Part shown: positions 19,245-27,178 of the stretch, piece after piece
How the letters are laid out: the number at the start of each line of letters is the position of its first letter
How positions within the stretch are numbered: position 1 is the first letter of the stretch
Program-made: the position numbers and the translations under genes
Notes under the pieces: model-generated
Database searches by the model: none
What the model saw: the letters and a program-made list of their open reading frames with translations, nothing else
What the model was told of the DNA's origin: nothing
Assembly (NCBI GenBank): GCA_963840515.1
Contig: CAWIZI010000010.1
Span: forward strand, 34,625-98,624
Length of the DNA stretch: 64,000 bases
Reading direction: 5' to 3'
Source of the DNA: Terriglobia bacterium
GTDB taxonomy: Bacteria > Acidobacteriota > Terriglobia > Acidiferrales > UBA7541

Positions 19245-22120
19245 TGAACCTCCAGCACGCCGGTGGCTACGGCTTTATCTTGATTTGGATTTTGGACGAA
19301 CAGAGAGCGCAGACCGGCGAGTGCGGAGGACGGGACGGCAAGAGTTAAATCCACGATGCCGAGACCGAGCGGCTGCTTTCCGATGATGGTGATGTCCGCT
19401 GCGGCGGGGCCCGTGATGGCGTAAGCAAAGGATGGATCCAGTCCGCTGACGGAAAAAACGCAGATGTCTATGGTTGCAGTGCCGGATGCGGGGCGAGTGA
19501 TCACGAGCGAGCCGGCGCCGAGCGTGCAGGTATTTAACGCGGGCGAATAAATTCCCATCGCGGCGACGGAGATTGTCACGTCTTGCTGTGGCGCGATTGA
19601 GCCCGCGGTTGAAGGTTCGACTACGATGATGTTCTTGCCGGTGGCGGACGGATTGGTTGGCGTGAGTGGAATCATATCGACTGTTGGGGGAGCAGCTACG
19701 ACGATAAAGTTAACGGTGTTCGATCGCGTCGAATTGGGATTCTGAATTGTCACCGAGAGATTTCCTGCGCTGTCAAGATCGTTTGAGGTGAGTCCGGTGG
19801 TGCATTCGCCGTTAGAGACGCAGTTTGTTGTGCGCGCAGTTCCGCCGACAATCAGTGTTGAGCCGGGGCCGGGGCTGGTGGGCACAAAATTTCCGCCAAG
19901 AACTTGCAGCGTGAAACTGCCAACTCCTCCGGCAGTTGCGCTGGCGGGCAGCAGGCTGACGATGGTGATGGCGTTCGTGATGGTGACGCTCGCGCTTCCG
20001 GTGCGCGATGTATCTTCGGAACTGGTGGCCACGATGTTGATCCCGTTTGGCGAAGGCGTGGAAATTGGCGCGGTGTAGTTCCCGTTTGCATCGATCAGTC
20101 CACACGGAGAACCCGCGGCGCTGCACGCTGTGCCGGTTACATTCCACGTGACGGTTTGATTTGTGGTGCCAAGAACATTTGCAGTGAACGCCTGTGTGGT
20201 TGCAGGCGCGAGATTTGCGCTGGGCGGAGAAACACTGACCACGATGTGAGCGAGGATTGTGATTTGCGCGGTTTGAATCTGTGCGGGGAACGTCTGGCTT
20301 GAGACGGATAGCGTAATGGGATTCGGCGATGGAACTGATGCCGGCGCGAGATACTCGACGCTGCCTGCTGGCGTGATACTTACCGCCTGACATGGATTTG
20401 ACGCGACGACGCAGATTTGTCCAACGGTCGTGTTACCGCCAGCGATACCGTTCACTTGCCAGATTACATTTGTGTTTAAACTCCCTGAGATTGTCACGCT
20501 GAACGGTTGTCGAAGCGTGACAGCTGTGGCGGCGCTAGTGGGCGTCAGCACCAGCGCGCCGGGAATTGTGAAGGTGACTGTTGCTAGTCCCACTGCGGTT
20601 GGGTTCGCTGTGCTGACGGCGTGAACGGTTACGCTCGGCGGTGTGGGCAGCGCGGCGGGCGCCGTGTACGTGGTAGTGCTTGTCCCGGAAATGTTTGTTA
20701 CGGTGCCGACGGTTGCGTTTCCTCCGACTACGCCATTCACATCCCAGGTGACATTCGTATTTGCGCTTCCTGTGACTTGCGCGGAGAAAATTTGCGTTGA
20801 AGAAAGTGGAACGCTCGCCGTCCCGGGCGTCACGACGACGCTCACCGGTGGGACGATCGTAACGGTAAGTGAAAATGCTTTTGTCGGATCGGCGGCAGGC
20901 GTTGCTGTTAGGGAGACGACGCTTGGAGTTGGCGCTGAGATCGGCGCTTGATACGTTGCGATTGCGCCGCTTGGCGAAATTGTTCCACACGCCGCGCCAG
21001 TGCAGCCTGCGCCGGTGACAGTCCACGAGATTGCGAGATTCGGATTGGAATTTAATAATGGAGTAATCGTAGCGGTGTAATTGGCGGTCGCACTGGTGTC
21101 CACTGATGCTGGGCCGGTTACGACCAGTGTGAATCGGCTGGTGATTGTGACGGAAACTATCGCAATTTTCGTGGCATCTGCGACGCTTCGAGCGGTGACG
21201 GTTACCGCCGCGGGAACTGGCAGAATTCCGGGCGCAGTGTAATTTCCATTCGCGTCAGTTGTTCCGCATGCGCTGGCTACGCAGCCTGTTCCCGCGACAG
21301 TCCACGTAACTGCGGCGCTTGGATCTCCGGCGCTCGTAATATGCGCAGTGAAAATTTGCGCCGCGCCAAGTTCCACGCTGGCACTCGGAGGAGTCACGCT
21401 AACGGCGACGTCGCTAGTAAATGTGACGGGCACGGATGCGCTCGCGGCAGAATCGGCTTGGCTGACTGCTTGCACGACTGCGCTCGCCGGCTGAGGCAAT
21501 ATCTGCGGCGCGGTGAAAAGTCCCGTCGCTGAAATTGTTCCGACAAGCGCGTTTCCTCCGGCAATTCCATTCACATTCCAATTGACCGATTGATTGGCCG
21601 CGTTGCTTACCGTTGCGCTGAATTGTTGAGAGGCGCCCAAGAGTAAGTTTGCCGAAGTCGGCGCGACCGTCACGGTAACTGTGGTGCCGCCAATGATTGT
21701 CACTTGAGCCGAGCCGGTCGTAGTTCCGTCGGCCTGACTGACGGCCTGAACCGTAACGCTCGCCGGCTGTGGAAGAATCTGCGGCGCTGCGTAAAGTCCG
21801 CCGACGGAAACTGTTCCGACTGTCGAATTTCCTCCGGCGATTCCATTCACATTCCAGGTGACGGAAAGATTCGTCGTGTTCGTGACGGTTGCCGTGAATT
21901 GTTGTGTCGCTCCCAGCGTTACCGACGCGCTCGCCGGCGAAACGCTAACGCCAATCGCCGGTGGCGGAGGCGGTTGAGCTGGCGACGAAGTTCCGCACGA
22001 CGTGAGAAGCAACATGCAGATCACCGAGAAGATAACGAACATGATGCCAATTAAAAGAGTTTGAGGTTTGCGAGTCTTCGCGCGCCTTCGGAATCTTTGC
22101 GTGTGGGTCACGCATCGCAT
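19241..22120 (-). CDS. large lipoprotein with about 7 tandem bacterial Ig-like (Big_2-type) modules, one IPT/TIG-like module and an unknown C-terminal domain
   Basis: Lipobox LLLTSC. Repeated modules of the form VSVSPASASVTLGATQQFTATV...VTWNVNGIAGGN..VGT....GLYTAPQILPQPASVTVQAVSQAD. The start could instead be the internal ATG at 22042. Confidence 0.8.
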   Translation of the reverse strand: MRCVTHTQRFRRRAKTRKPQTLLIGIMFVIFSVICMLLLTSCGTSSPAQPPPPPAIGVSVSPASASVTLGATQQFTATVTNTTNLSVTWNVNGIAGGNSTVGTVSVGGLYAAPQILPQPASVTVQAVSQADGTTTGSAQVTIIGGTTVTVTVAPTSANLLLGASQQFSATVSNAANQSVNWNVNGIAGGNALVGTISATGLFTAPQILPQPASAVVQAVSQADSAASASVPVTFTSDVAVSVTPPSASVELGAAQIFTAHITSAGDPSAAVTWTVAGTGCVASACGTTDANGNYTAPGILPVPAAVTVTARSVADATKIAIVSVTITSRFTLVVTGPASVDTSATANYTATITPLLNSNPNLAISWTVTGAGCTGAACGTISPSGAIATYQAPISAPTPSVVSLTATPAADPTKAFSLTVTIVPPVSVVVTPGTASVPLSSTQIFSAQVTGSANTNVTWDVNGVVGGNATVGTVTNISGTSTTTYTAPAALPTPPSVTVHAVSTANPTAVGLATVTFTIPGALVLTPTSAATAVTLRQPFSVTISGSLNTNVIWQVNGIAGGNTTVGQICVVASNPCQAVSITPAGSVEYLAPASVPSPNPITLSVSSQTFPAQIQTAQITILAHIVVSVSPPSANLAPATTQAFTANVLGTTNQTVTWNVTGTACSAAGSPCGLIDANGNYTAPISTPSPNGINIVATSSEDTSRTGSASVTITNAITIVSLLPASATAGGVGSFTLQVLGGNFVPTSPGPGSTLIVGGTARTTNCVSNGECTTGLTSNDLDSAGNLSVTIQNPNSTRSNTVNFIVVAAPPTVDMIPLTPTNPSATGKNIIVVEPSTAGSIAPQQDVTISVAAMGIYSPALNTCTLGAGSLVITRPASGTATIDICVFSVSGLDPSFAYAITGPAAADITIIGKQPLGLGIVDLTLAVPSSALAGLRSLFVQNPNQDKAVATGVLEVQ
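19973..21952 (-). repeat. in-frame tandem array of roughly 85-95-aa Ig-like coding repeats inside the lipoprotein gene
   Basis: Seven modules, counted by eye across residues 57-716. Modules 1 and 2 are near-identical in pattern. Confidence 0.7.
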
Positions 22121-22457
22121 AAAGCAAGACCGTGGCCAGTGTTCCGCGACGGAACATTTCGAGAAATTATTTCAGAGAAAAATACGCCTCGATGCGTGAG
22201 CAAAATGCGCTAACGTCATGAATCCATTCCAGTTGTTCGCGCGAAATTTTGCGCGATGCCAATCGCACGAAATAATTTGCACGTTCCGATAAGAAGCACT
22301 CCTGCGCGCGGTCAGTTCCAAAACGGGAATGCGGAACCGTGAATCCGTTCCATTATGGTTCCGCGATTCGCAAATGCATCGCTCAATCAGCCGCATCTAT
22401 TTTGAACAGCCGATCGCGCGAATTGACATCTCCACACCCGCGGCGAATAATTGCGAT

Positions 22458-22823
22458 ATGGCACGCCCCGAAGTTGCGCATCGCATCAAGAGCTATTCGG
22501 CCGCGACAGGATTTGTCTACCAGTATCAATTCGTGGAAGTTCAGAAAGCGCGCCGCGGACTTTCCCTCGGCAACGAATACGTCTACATCGTCTCCGTGGA
22601 CCGCAAAGCAAATTTTCCACTCACCGTTTTTGTGAAGCAATCCGCCGAAGATAAATGGGCGAAGCGCGAAGGCCGAAAGCTGAGCGGCACGGAAGAATAC
22701 GCCGTCGCGAAAATGCGTTTGTTCCAGGCGTTTGACGAATCCGAAGACCTGGCCGCTGCGAAGCCGGATTTGCTGGTTGACGACTCCAATCTCGATGCGC
22801 TACTCAAGGCGCTCGACCTGTAA
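22458..22823 (+). CDS. hypothetical protein (121 aa), first gene of the ECF sigma module
   Basis: Start placed at ATG 22458 (MARPEVAHRIKSY...). No recognisable motif. Ends 12 nt before the sigma gene. Confidence 0.5.
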   Translation: MARPEVAHRIKSYSAATGFVYQYQFVEVQKARRGLSLGNEYVYIVSVDRKANFPLTVFVKQSAEDKWAKREGRKLSGTEEYAVAKMRLFQAFDESEDLAAAKPDLLVDDSNLDALLKALDL

Positions 22824-22835
22824 GGCATTGAATTC

Positions 22836-23507
22836 GTGAAAGTTACCTCCACACTCGAACTTCCCGGTGAACTATCGGAACGCTTGCGGCGTCTTGCCAT
22901 TGGGACCGAAATGCAGGCACTCGAAGCGACATTGCCGGGGAACGTAGTGCAGCGAGACGGCGAGACGAACGAGATCGTCCGCGAAAATGCGGCGGCTCGC
23001 GAATTTGAAGAACAGTTGGCCGACGGCGCGTCGATGGCATTTCGCCTGGCGATGAGCGTGCTACGCAATCGCGCCGACGCGGAAGACGTGGCGCAGGATG
23101 CGTTGCTGCGCGCATATCGCGGCTTCGCGAAATTGCGCGAGCGCGGCGCATTTCGCGGATGGCTTTGCCGAATCACCTGGCGATTGGCGCTCGATAAGCA
23201 GCGCGGCACACGCCGGCGAGAGAAACGCGAGACGGCTTCAACATTTGTTCCGGGAACGCCGGAGCGAAGCGTTGAGCAAATGGCGGTGGCAAATGAATTC
23301 GATCGTCACCTCGCGAAAGCGATGGACGAACTGCCGGAAAAATTGCTTCAGGCGCTGGTACTGGCGGCGATTCAAGGACACAGCACACGTGAAGTAGCGG
23401 AAATGTTGGATCTGCCGGAAGGCACGGTGAAATCACGCGTGCATCTGGCACGGAAGCAATTGACGGAGAAACTGCAATGGCTTGCGAAGGATTTGAAACA
23501 AGGCTGA
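22836..23507 (+). CDS. ECF-type RNA polymerase sigma-70 family factor
   Basis: Region 2 is AEDVAQDALLRAYRGFAKLRERGAFRGWLCRITWRLALD. Region 4 is LVLAAIQGHSTREVAEMLDLPEGTVKSRVHLARKQL. GTG start; the true start is uncertain. Confidence 0.85.
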   Translation: MKVTSTLELPGELSERLRRLAIGTEMQALEATLPGNVVQRDGETNEIVRENAAAREFEEQLADGASMAFRLAMSVLRNRADAEDVAQDALLRAYRGFAKLRERGAFRGWLCRITWRLALDKQRGTRRREKRETASTFVPGTPERSVEQMAVANEFDRHLAKAMDELPEKLLQALVLAAIQGHSTREVAEMLDLPEGTVKSRVHLARKQLTEKLQWLAKDLKQG

Positions 23508-24250
23508 TCGAAAAGGCGCTGGCCGACACCGATCCCGCGCTGACCGCGCATTTGGCGACTTGCGCCGAATGTCGTGCGGAGCTTGCCGCGCAGACCGCAT
23601 TGCAACAGCGCATCACGAATGGAATTTCTGCGATGGTTGCCGATGAGCCTTCGCCTGCTCTGCTGACGCGAGTTCGCGCGGAAATTGCTTCGATCGAAAC
23701 GCCGCGCACCGCGAATTGGATGCAGTGGGCGATTGCGGGCGTGACGGTAACTGCTTTTGCGATTGTTGCGATGTGGATGATCGGGCGGCCGACTGCGCGC
23801 ATGAATGGCGTTGTAAATTTGCCGGTGCAAACAGCATCGAGTGCGCCGCCATCTGTTACGCCTCCGCCGATTCAAGTCGCGCCGTCGCAAGAACTTTCGC
23901 AATCGAAGAAGACCAATGTTCGCGAACATCACGCGGTGCGAAGCGCCTCACGTGAGAATGCATCGCGCATGGCGCCTGCGATGGTGCCTGCGACGGTGAA
24001 AGTTGCTCAACCGTTTGTGACGACAGCGGCAACTAATCCGCCCGCCGAAGTAATTGTTCCCGCCGGACAACGCGAAGCGGTTCTGCGTCTTGTGAACGCG
24101 CTGAGAACTGGACGTGTGGACGCGGCGTCTCTTATTCGTACGAACCAGCCGGGTGACGTTGCTCCGCTGGCGATTGCTCCGCTGGAAGTGAAGCCTTTAA
24201 ACGGCGGAGGCAGTGACGGACCAGGGGACGAGTTCGAGATCGAGTTTTAA
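23477..24250 (+). CDS. anti-sigma factor (zf-HC2 type) with one TM helix
   Basis: N-terminal H-x3-C-x2-C (HLATCAECRAEL), TM segment WMQWAIAGVTVTAFAIVAMWMIG. Overlaps the 3' end of the sigma gene. Confidence 0.75.
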   Translation: MACEGFETRLIEKALADTDPALTAHLATCAECRAELAAQTALQQRITNGISAMVADEPSPALLTRVRAEIASIETPRTANWMQWAIAGVTVTAFAIVAMWMIGRPTARMNGVVNLPVQTASSAPPSVTPPPIQVAPSQELSQSKKTNVREHHAVRSASRENASRMAPAMVPATVKVAQPFVTTAATNPPAEVIVPAGQREAVLRLVNALRTGRVDAASLIRTNQPGDVAPLAIAPLEVKPLNGGGSDGPGDEFEIEF

Positions 24251-24290
24251 CTCGCCGTAGGGCCAAAATAAATTTGGGTGGAGGAACGAT

Positions 24291-24899
24291 ATGAAAATCA
24301 ATTGGAATCGGTGTCTAGTGGCGCTCGCGATTCTCGGAACGGTCGGCATCGTAGTGCCGATTCACGCGCAGGATAAAACGCCGGCCTCTGCCGAGGTGAA
24401 GAAATCGCAGACGACGCTGAAGGTCGGGGTTGTCGTTACGGAACTCGATGGCACGAAAAAAGTTTCCAGCTTGCCATACACTTTTTTTGTAAACGTTGAC
24501 GACAGCGGCCGTGGGTCGACGTCACAAGTGCGTGTGGGATTGCGAGTGCCGGTCGCCACCGGTGGCACCGGTGCCGGAGCCGCGGCCGCAGCCACTCGAT
24601 TTGAGTATATGGACATTGGGACAAATCTCGATTGCACCGCGACTTCTACGCCGGATGGGCATTTCAAATTGTTTCTTTCCGTTGACCGATCCTATCTGAC
24701 GGCGGCAGATGACAGAAAGCAGCCGGCGCTTGCGGGCGATGGCGTAAGCATCAGTTCCGGAAATCCGATCGTGCAACACTTTTCGTCGTCGTATAACCTG
24801 ATGATTCGCGATGGTCAGACAATTGACGCAACTACAACGACAGATCCAATTAGCGGACGGGTGCTGCAAGTTTCTGTGACCGCAAATGCGGTGAAGTGA
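24291..24899 (+). CDS. secreted hypothetical protein (202 aa)
   Basis: Signal peptide LVALAILGTVGIVVPIHAQ. The block RFEYMDIGTNLDCTATSTPDGHFKLFLSV..NLMIRDGQTI faintly recalls a secretin-type beta domain; this is unverified. Confidence 0.5.
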   Translation: MKINWNRCLVALAILGTVGIVVPIHAQDKTPASAEVKKSQTTLKVGVVVTELDGTKKVSSLPYTFFVNVDDSGRGSTSQVRVGLRVPVATGGTGAGAAAAATRFEYMDIGTNLDCTATSTPDGHFKLFLSVDRSYLTAADDRKQPALAGDGVSISSGNPIVQHFSSSYNLMIRDGQTIDATTTTDPISGRVLQVSVTANAVK

Positions 24900-24941
24900 T
24901 GGTTTGATTCTCTAGTCGATTGGGAAAATATCAAAGGCGCG

Positions 24942-24970
24942 GAGATTTTTCCCGCGCCTTTATTATTCAG
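24942..24970. terminator. bidirectional intrinsic terminator between convergent genes
   Basis: AAAGGCGCGG (24942..24951) pairs with CCGCGCCTTT (24961..24970). T-rich on both flanks. Confidence 0.75.
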
Positions 24971-24973
24971 GCG

Positions 24974-26170
24974 TTATTTTCTTTCTGAGATTAATCGCGC
25001 GAGCGTAAATCCCAGATCGCTGTCTTTGAATTCATATCCTAATGTTTTCAGCTTTTCTGGAATCGCGCGCTGACTGCTGAGCAACAATCCGTCCGCCATT
25101 TCGCCGAGCATCAGCCGCAGCGCGAATGCCGGGGCGGGGAATATCGCCGGACGGTGCACGGCGCGCCCGGCTTTCTTTGTGAAATCCACATTTCTTATAG
25201 GGTAGGGCGAAACTGTATTGATCGGCCCGCGCACATTTTCATTTTCCAGTGCGAAGCGAATCACGCCGGCAGCGTCGTCCAGCGAAAGCCAGGACATCCA
25301 CTGCTGGCCTGAGCCAAGTTTTCCGCCCACAAACATTTTTATCGGCGTCAACATTTTCGGAAGCGCGCCGCCACGAGTGCTCAGAATAATTCCGAAGCGC
25401 AGGATTGCTACGCGTGCGCCAAATTCCGCGGCGCGATTGCTCTCGCGTTCCCAATCCTTGCAAATTTGCGCCAGAAAATCGGCGCCGGGGCCGCTGTGAT
25501 CGGTAAGTTTTTCGTCGCCGCGATCGCCGTAATAGCCGACGGCGGAAACTCCCACGAAAATTTTCGGCTTTGCATTTAGCGTGCTTAGCGAATCTACCAG
25601 GTGGCGCGTTGCTTCCACTCGACTGGAACGCAGCAGAGCTTTTCGCGCCGTTGTCCATCGGCCGCCGCCGATACTTGCGCCAGCGAGATGAACGACTGCA
25701 TCCGCGCCCTCAGCGGCGGCTGCATCAAATTCGTCTGCGACGGGATCCCATCGGACGTCATTCGGAATTGGGGCTTGGACTTGGATTTCGGCCTGAAGTT
25801 CGGTCTGCGCCTCTTCCCGTAATTCGTTTTGCGTCTCGCTCCGAGCTTCACTCTGCAGTTCTCCTTCAGATTCGCGGAGCATTTCGTCCGGAATGTCCGT
25901 CAAAGGTTCGGCTTGAGATTCGCTTTGAACTTCATTCTGAATTTCATTCTCGACTTCATTCTCGACTTCGTCTTGCGCGTCGCTCTGAATTTCGTTCGGA
26001 ACTTCTTCAGCAGTGTGGCTCACGGTGGGCTTCTCGACAGGTGGCGCCTCCACGATTTTCGCTGCGCTTTGCCTTCGTAGAAGACGCGACACGATATATC
26101 CATTTTCTGCAAGCAGTCGCGAAGCCGCCGTGCCCACCATTCCTGACGATCCTGAAATTAGAACGCGCAT
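24974..26170 (-). CDS. TIGR01777-family (YfcH-like) NAD-binding epimerase-fold protein with a roughly 100-aa Glu/Gln-rich insertion
   Basis: MRVLISGSSGMVGTA Rossmann start, then VRWDP..GADAVVHLAGASIGGGRWT..SRV and a DUF1731-like C-terminus. The insertion maps to 25760..26065. Confidence 0.75.
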   Translation of the reverse strand: MRVLISGSSGMVGTAASRLLAENGYIVSRLLRRQSAAKIVEAPPVEKPTVSHTAEEVPNEIQSDAQDEVENEVENEIQNEVQSESQAEPLTDIPDEMLRESEGELQSEARSETQNELREEAQTELQAEIQVQAPIPNDVRWDPVADEFDAAAAEGADAVVHLAGASIGGGRWTTARKALLRSSRVEATRHLVDSLSTLNAKPKIFVGVSAVGYYGDRGDEKLTDHSGPGADFLAQICKDWERESNRAAEFGARVAILRFGIILSTRGGALPKMLTPIKMFVGGKLGSGQQWMSWLSLDDAAGVIRFALENENVRGPINTVSPYPIRNVDFTKKAGRAVHRPAIFPAPAFALRLMLGEMADGLLLSSQRAIPEKLKTLGYEFKDSDLGFTLARLISERK

Positions 26171-26442
26171 TTAGTTTTTGTCCAACGCGCGAACATCTCG
26201 CCCCGCGCGCATCGACCGCGTTCAGGCTATTCCGAGCACACTGGCACGTCAAGCAGGACAGCGATTTTCATCACCGACATGTTCTTTGTCGGTGGAATTT
26301 CGATCGGCAATTTCGCAAAGTTCAAACAATTCGCAGGCGACGGAGGCGCGGAAGAATCTTCGTCTGCATAGAGAAGTCGTTCAGACGGCCTGCGGTCATC
26401 GGACTATTAGCGATAGCCCGTCGCGCTAGCTATAATGCCGCC

Positions 26443-27174
26443 ATGCAAGTGCGCGTACTTTTCTTCGGACGCCTGAAGGAAATTGTCGGCTTCGCGGACG
26501 ATACCGCCGAATTGAGCGAAGGCGCGCGTGTGGAAGATTTGTTCGCGCGATACGGCAATCGGTTTCCGGCGCTGGCGCAGTTTCGTCCGTCGGTTGCCGC
26601 CGCCGTGAATCAGGAATATGCCGATTGGAACGCGCCGCTACATAATAATGATGAAGTTGCGTTCCTGCCACCAGTGAGCGGCGGTGAAGATGTCGCTGCG
26701 GATGCAACTGGCACAGCGCGGGACGTCTGCGCGATCGTGCGCGCGGCGATTCGCACCGGCGAAATAGCCGAACAAGTGAAAGCTCCGGCCGATGGAGCGG
26801 TCGTCGTGTTCGAGGGCATCGTCAGGAATCATTCGCGCGGAAAGCCGACTCTCTATTTGATTTACGAGGCATACGAAAACATGGCGCTCGCAAAGATGCG
26901 CGAAATTTGCGCGGAGATGCGTCGCCTCTATCAAATCGACCGCATATTAATGATGCATCGGCTAGGCCGCCTGGAAATCGGCGAGACAAGTATTTTGATT
27001 GCCGTAAGCTCCGCGCATCGCGCCGCGGCGTTTGACGCCAGCCGCTTTGCGATTGACACGTTCAAACGCACCGTGCCGATTTGGAAACAGGAATATTTCC
27101 GCGATGGCGCAGTGTGGGCCGACGGAGAATTCCCGCTGGCACAACCATTTCGTCCCGAAAGTGAATCTAAGTAA
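26443..27174 (+). CDS. MoaD-MoaE fusion (molybdopterin synthase sulfur-carrier and catalytic subunits in one ORF)
   Basis: MoaD-like MQVRVLFFGRLKEI...EVAFLPPVSGG (GG at 26680..26685) continues in frame into MoaE-like VVVFEGIVRNHSRGK..YEAYENMA..IAVSSAHRAAAF..TVPIWKQEYF. Track ORF 25570..27174 is spurious upstream of 26443. Confidence 0.8.
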   Translation: MQVRVLFFGRLKEIVGFADDTAELSEGARVEDLFARYGNRFPALAQFRPSVAAAVNQEYADWNAPLHNNDEVAFLPPVSGGEDVAADATGTARDVCAIVRAAIRTGEIAEQVKAPADGAVVVFEGIVRNHSRGKPTLYLIYEAYENMALAKMREICAEMRRLYQIDRILMMHRLGRLEIGETSILIAVSSAHRAAAFDASRFAIDTFKRTVPIWKQEYFRDGAVWADGEFPLAQPFRPESESK

Positions 27175-27178
27175 TCGG

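Noticed and set aside
19973-21952. Long internal DNA repeats, considered as a possible mobile element or recombination cassette
   Set aside because: They are in-frame Ig-like domain duplications of a single lipoprotein gene, with no terminal inverted repeats or transposase.
12660-24970. Calling the tRNA-Glu-proximal block (pilins, protease operon, ECF module) a genomic island or mobile element
   Set aside because: I found no integrase, transposase, phage gene or direct repeat of the tRNA 3' end. The composition is not obviously different by eye. It is only noted as accessory-looking.
25800-26010. Short-period DNA repeats that could be mistaken for a CRISPR-like or minisatellite array
   Set aside because: The period is irregular (12-18 nt) and there are no unique spacers. 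The repeats are in frame within the TIGR01777 gene, encoding the E/Q-rich insertion.
25570-27174. 534-aa ORF, the longest unexplained ORF in the track
   Set aside because: Only its last 243 codons (from ATG 26443) are a real gene (MoaD-MoaE). The upstream part is antisense to the TIGR01777 gene and reads as Arg/Leu/Phe-rich nonsense generated by the Glu/Gln-codon repeat on the other strand.
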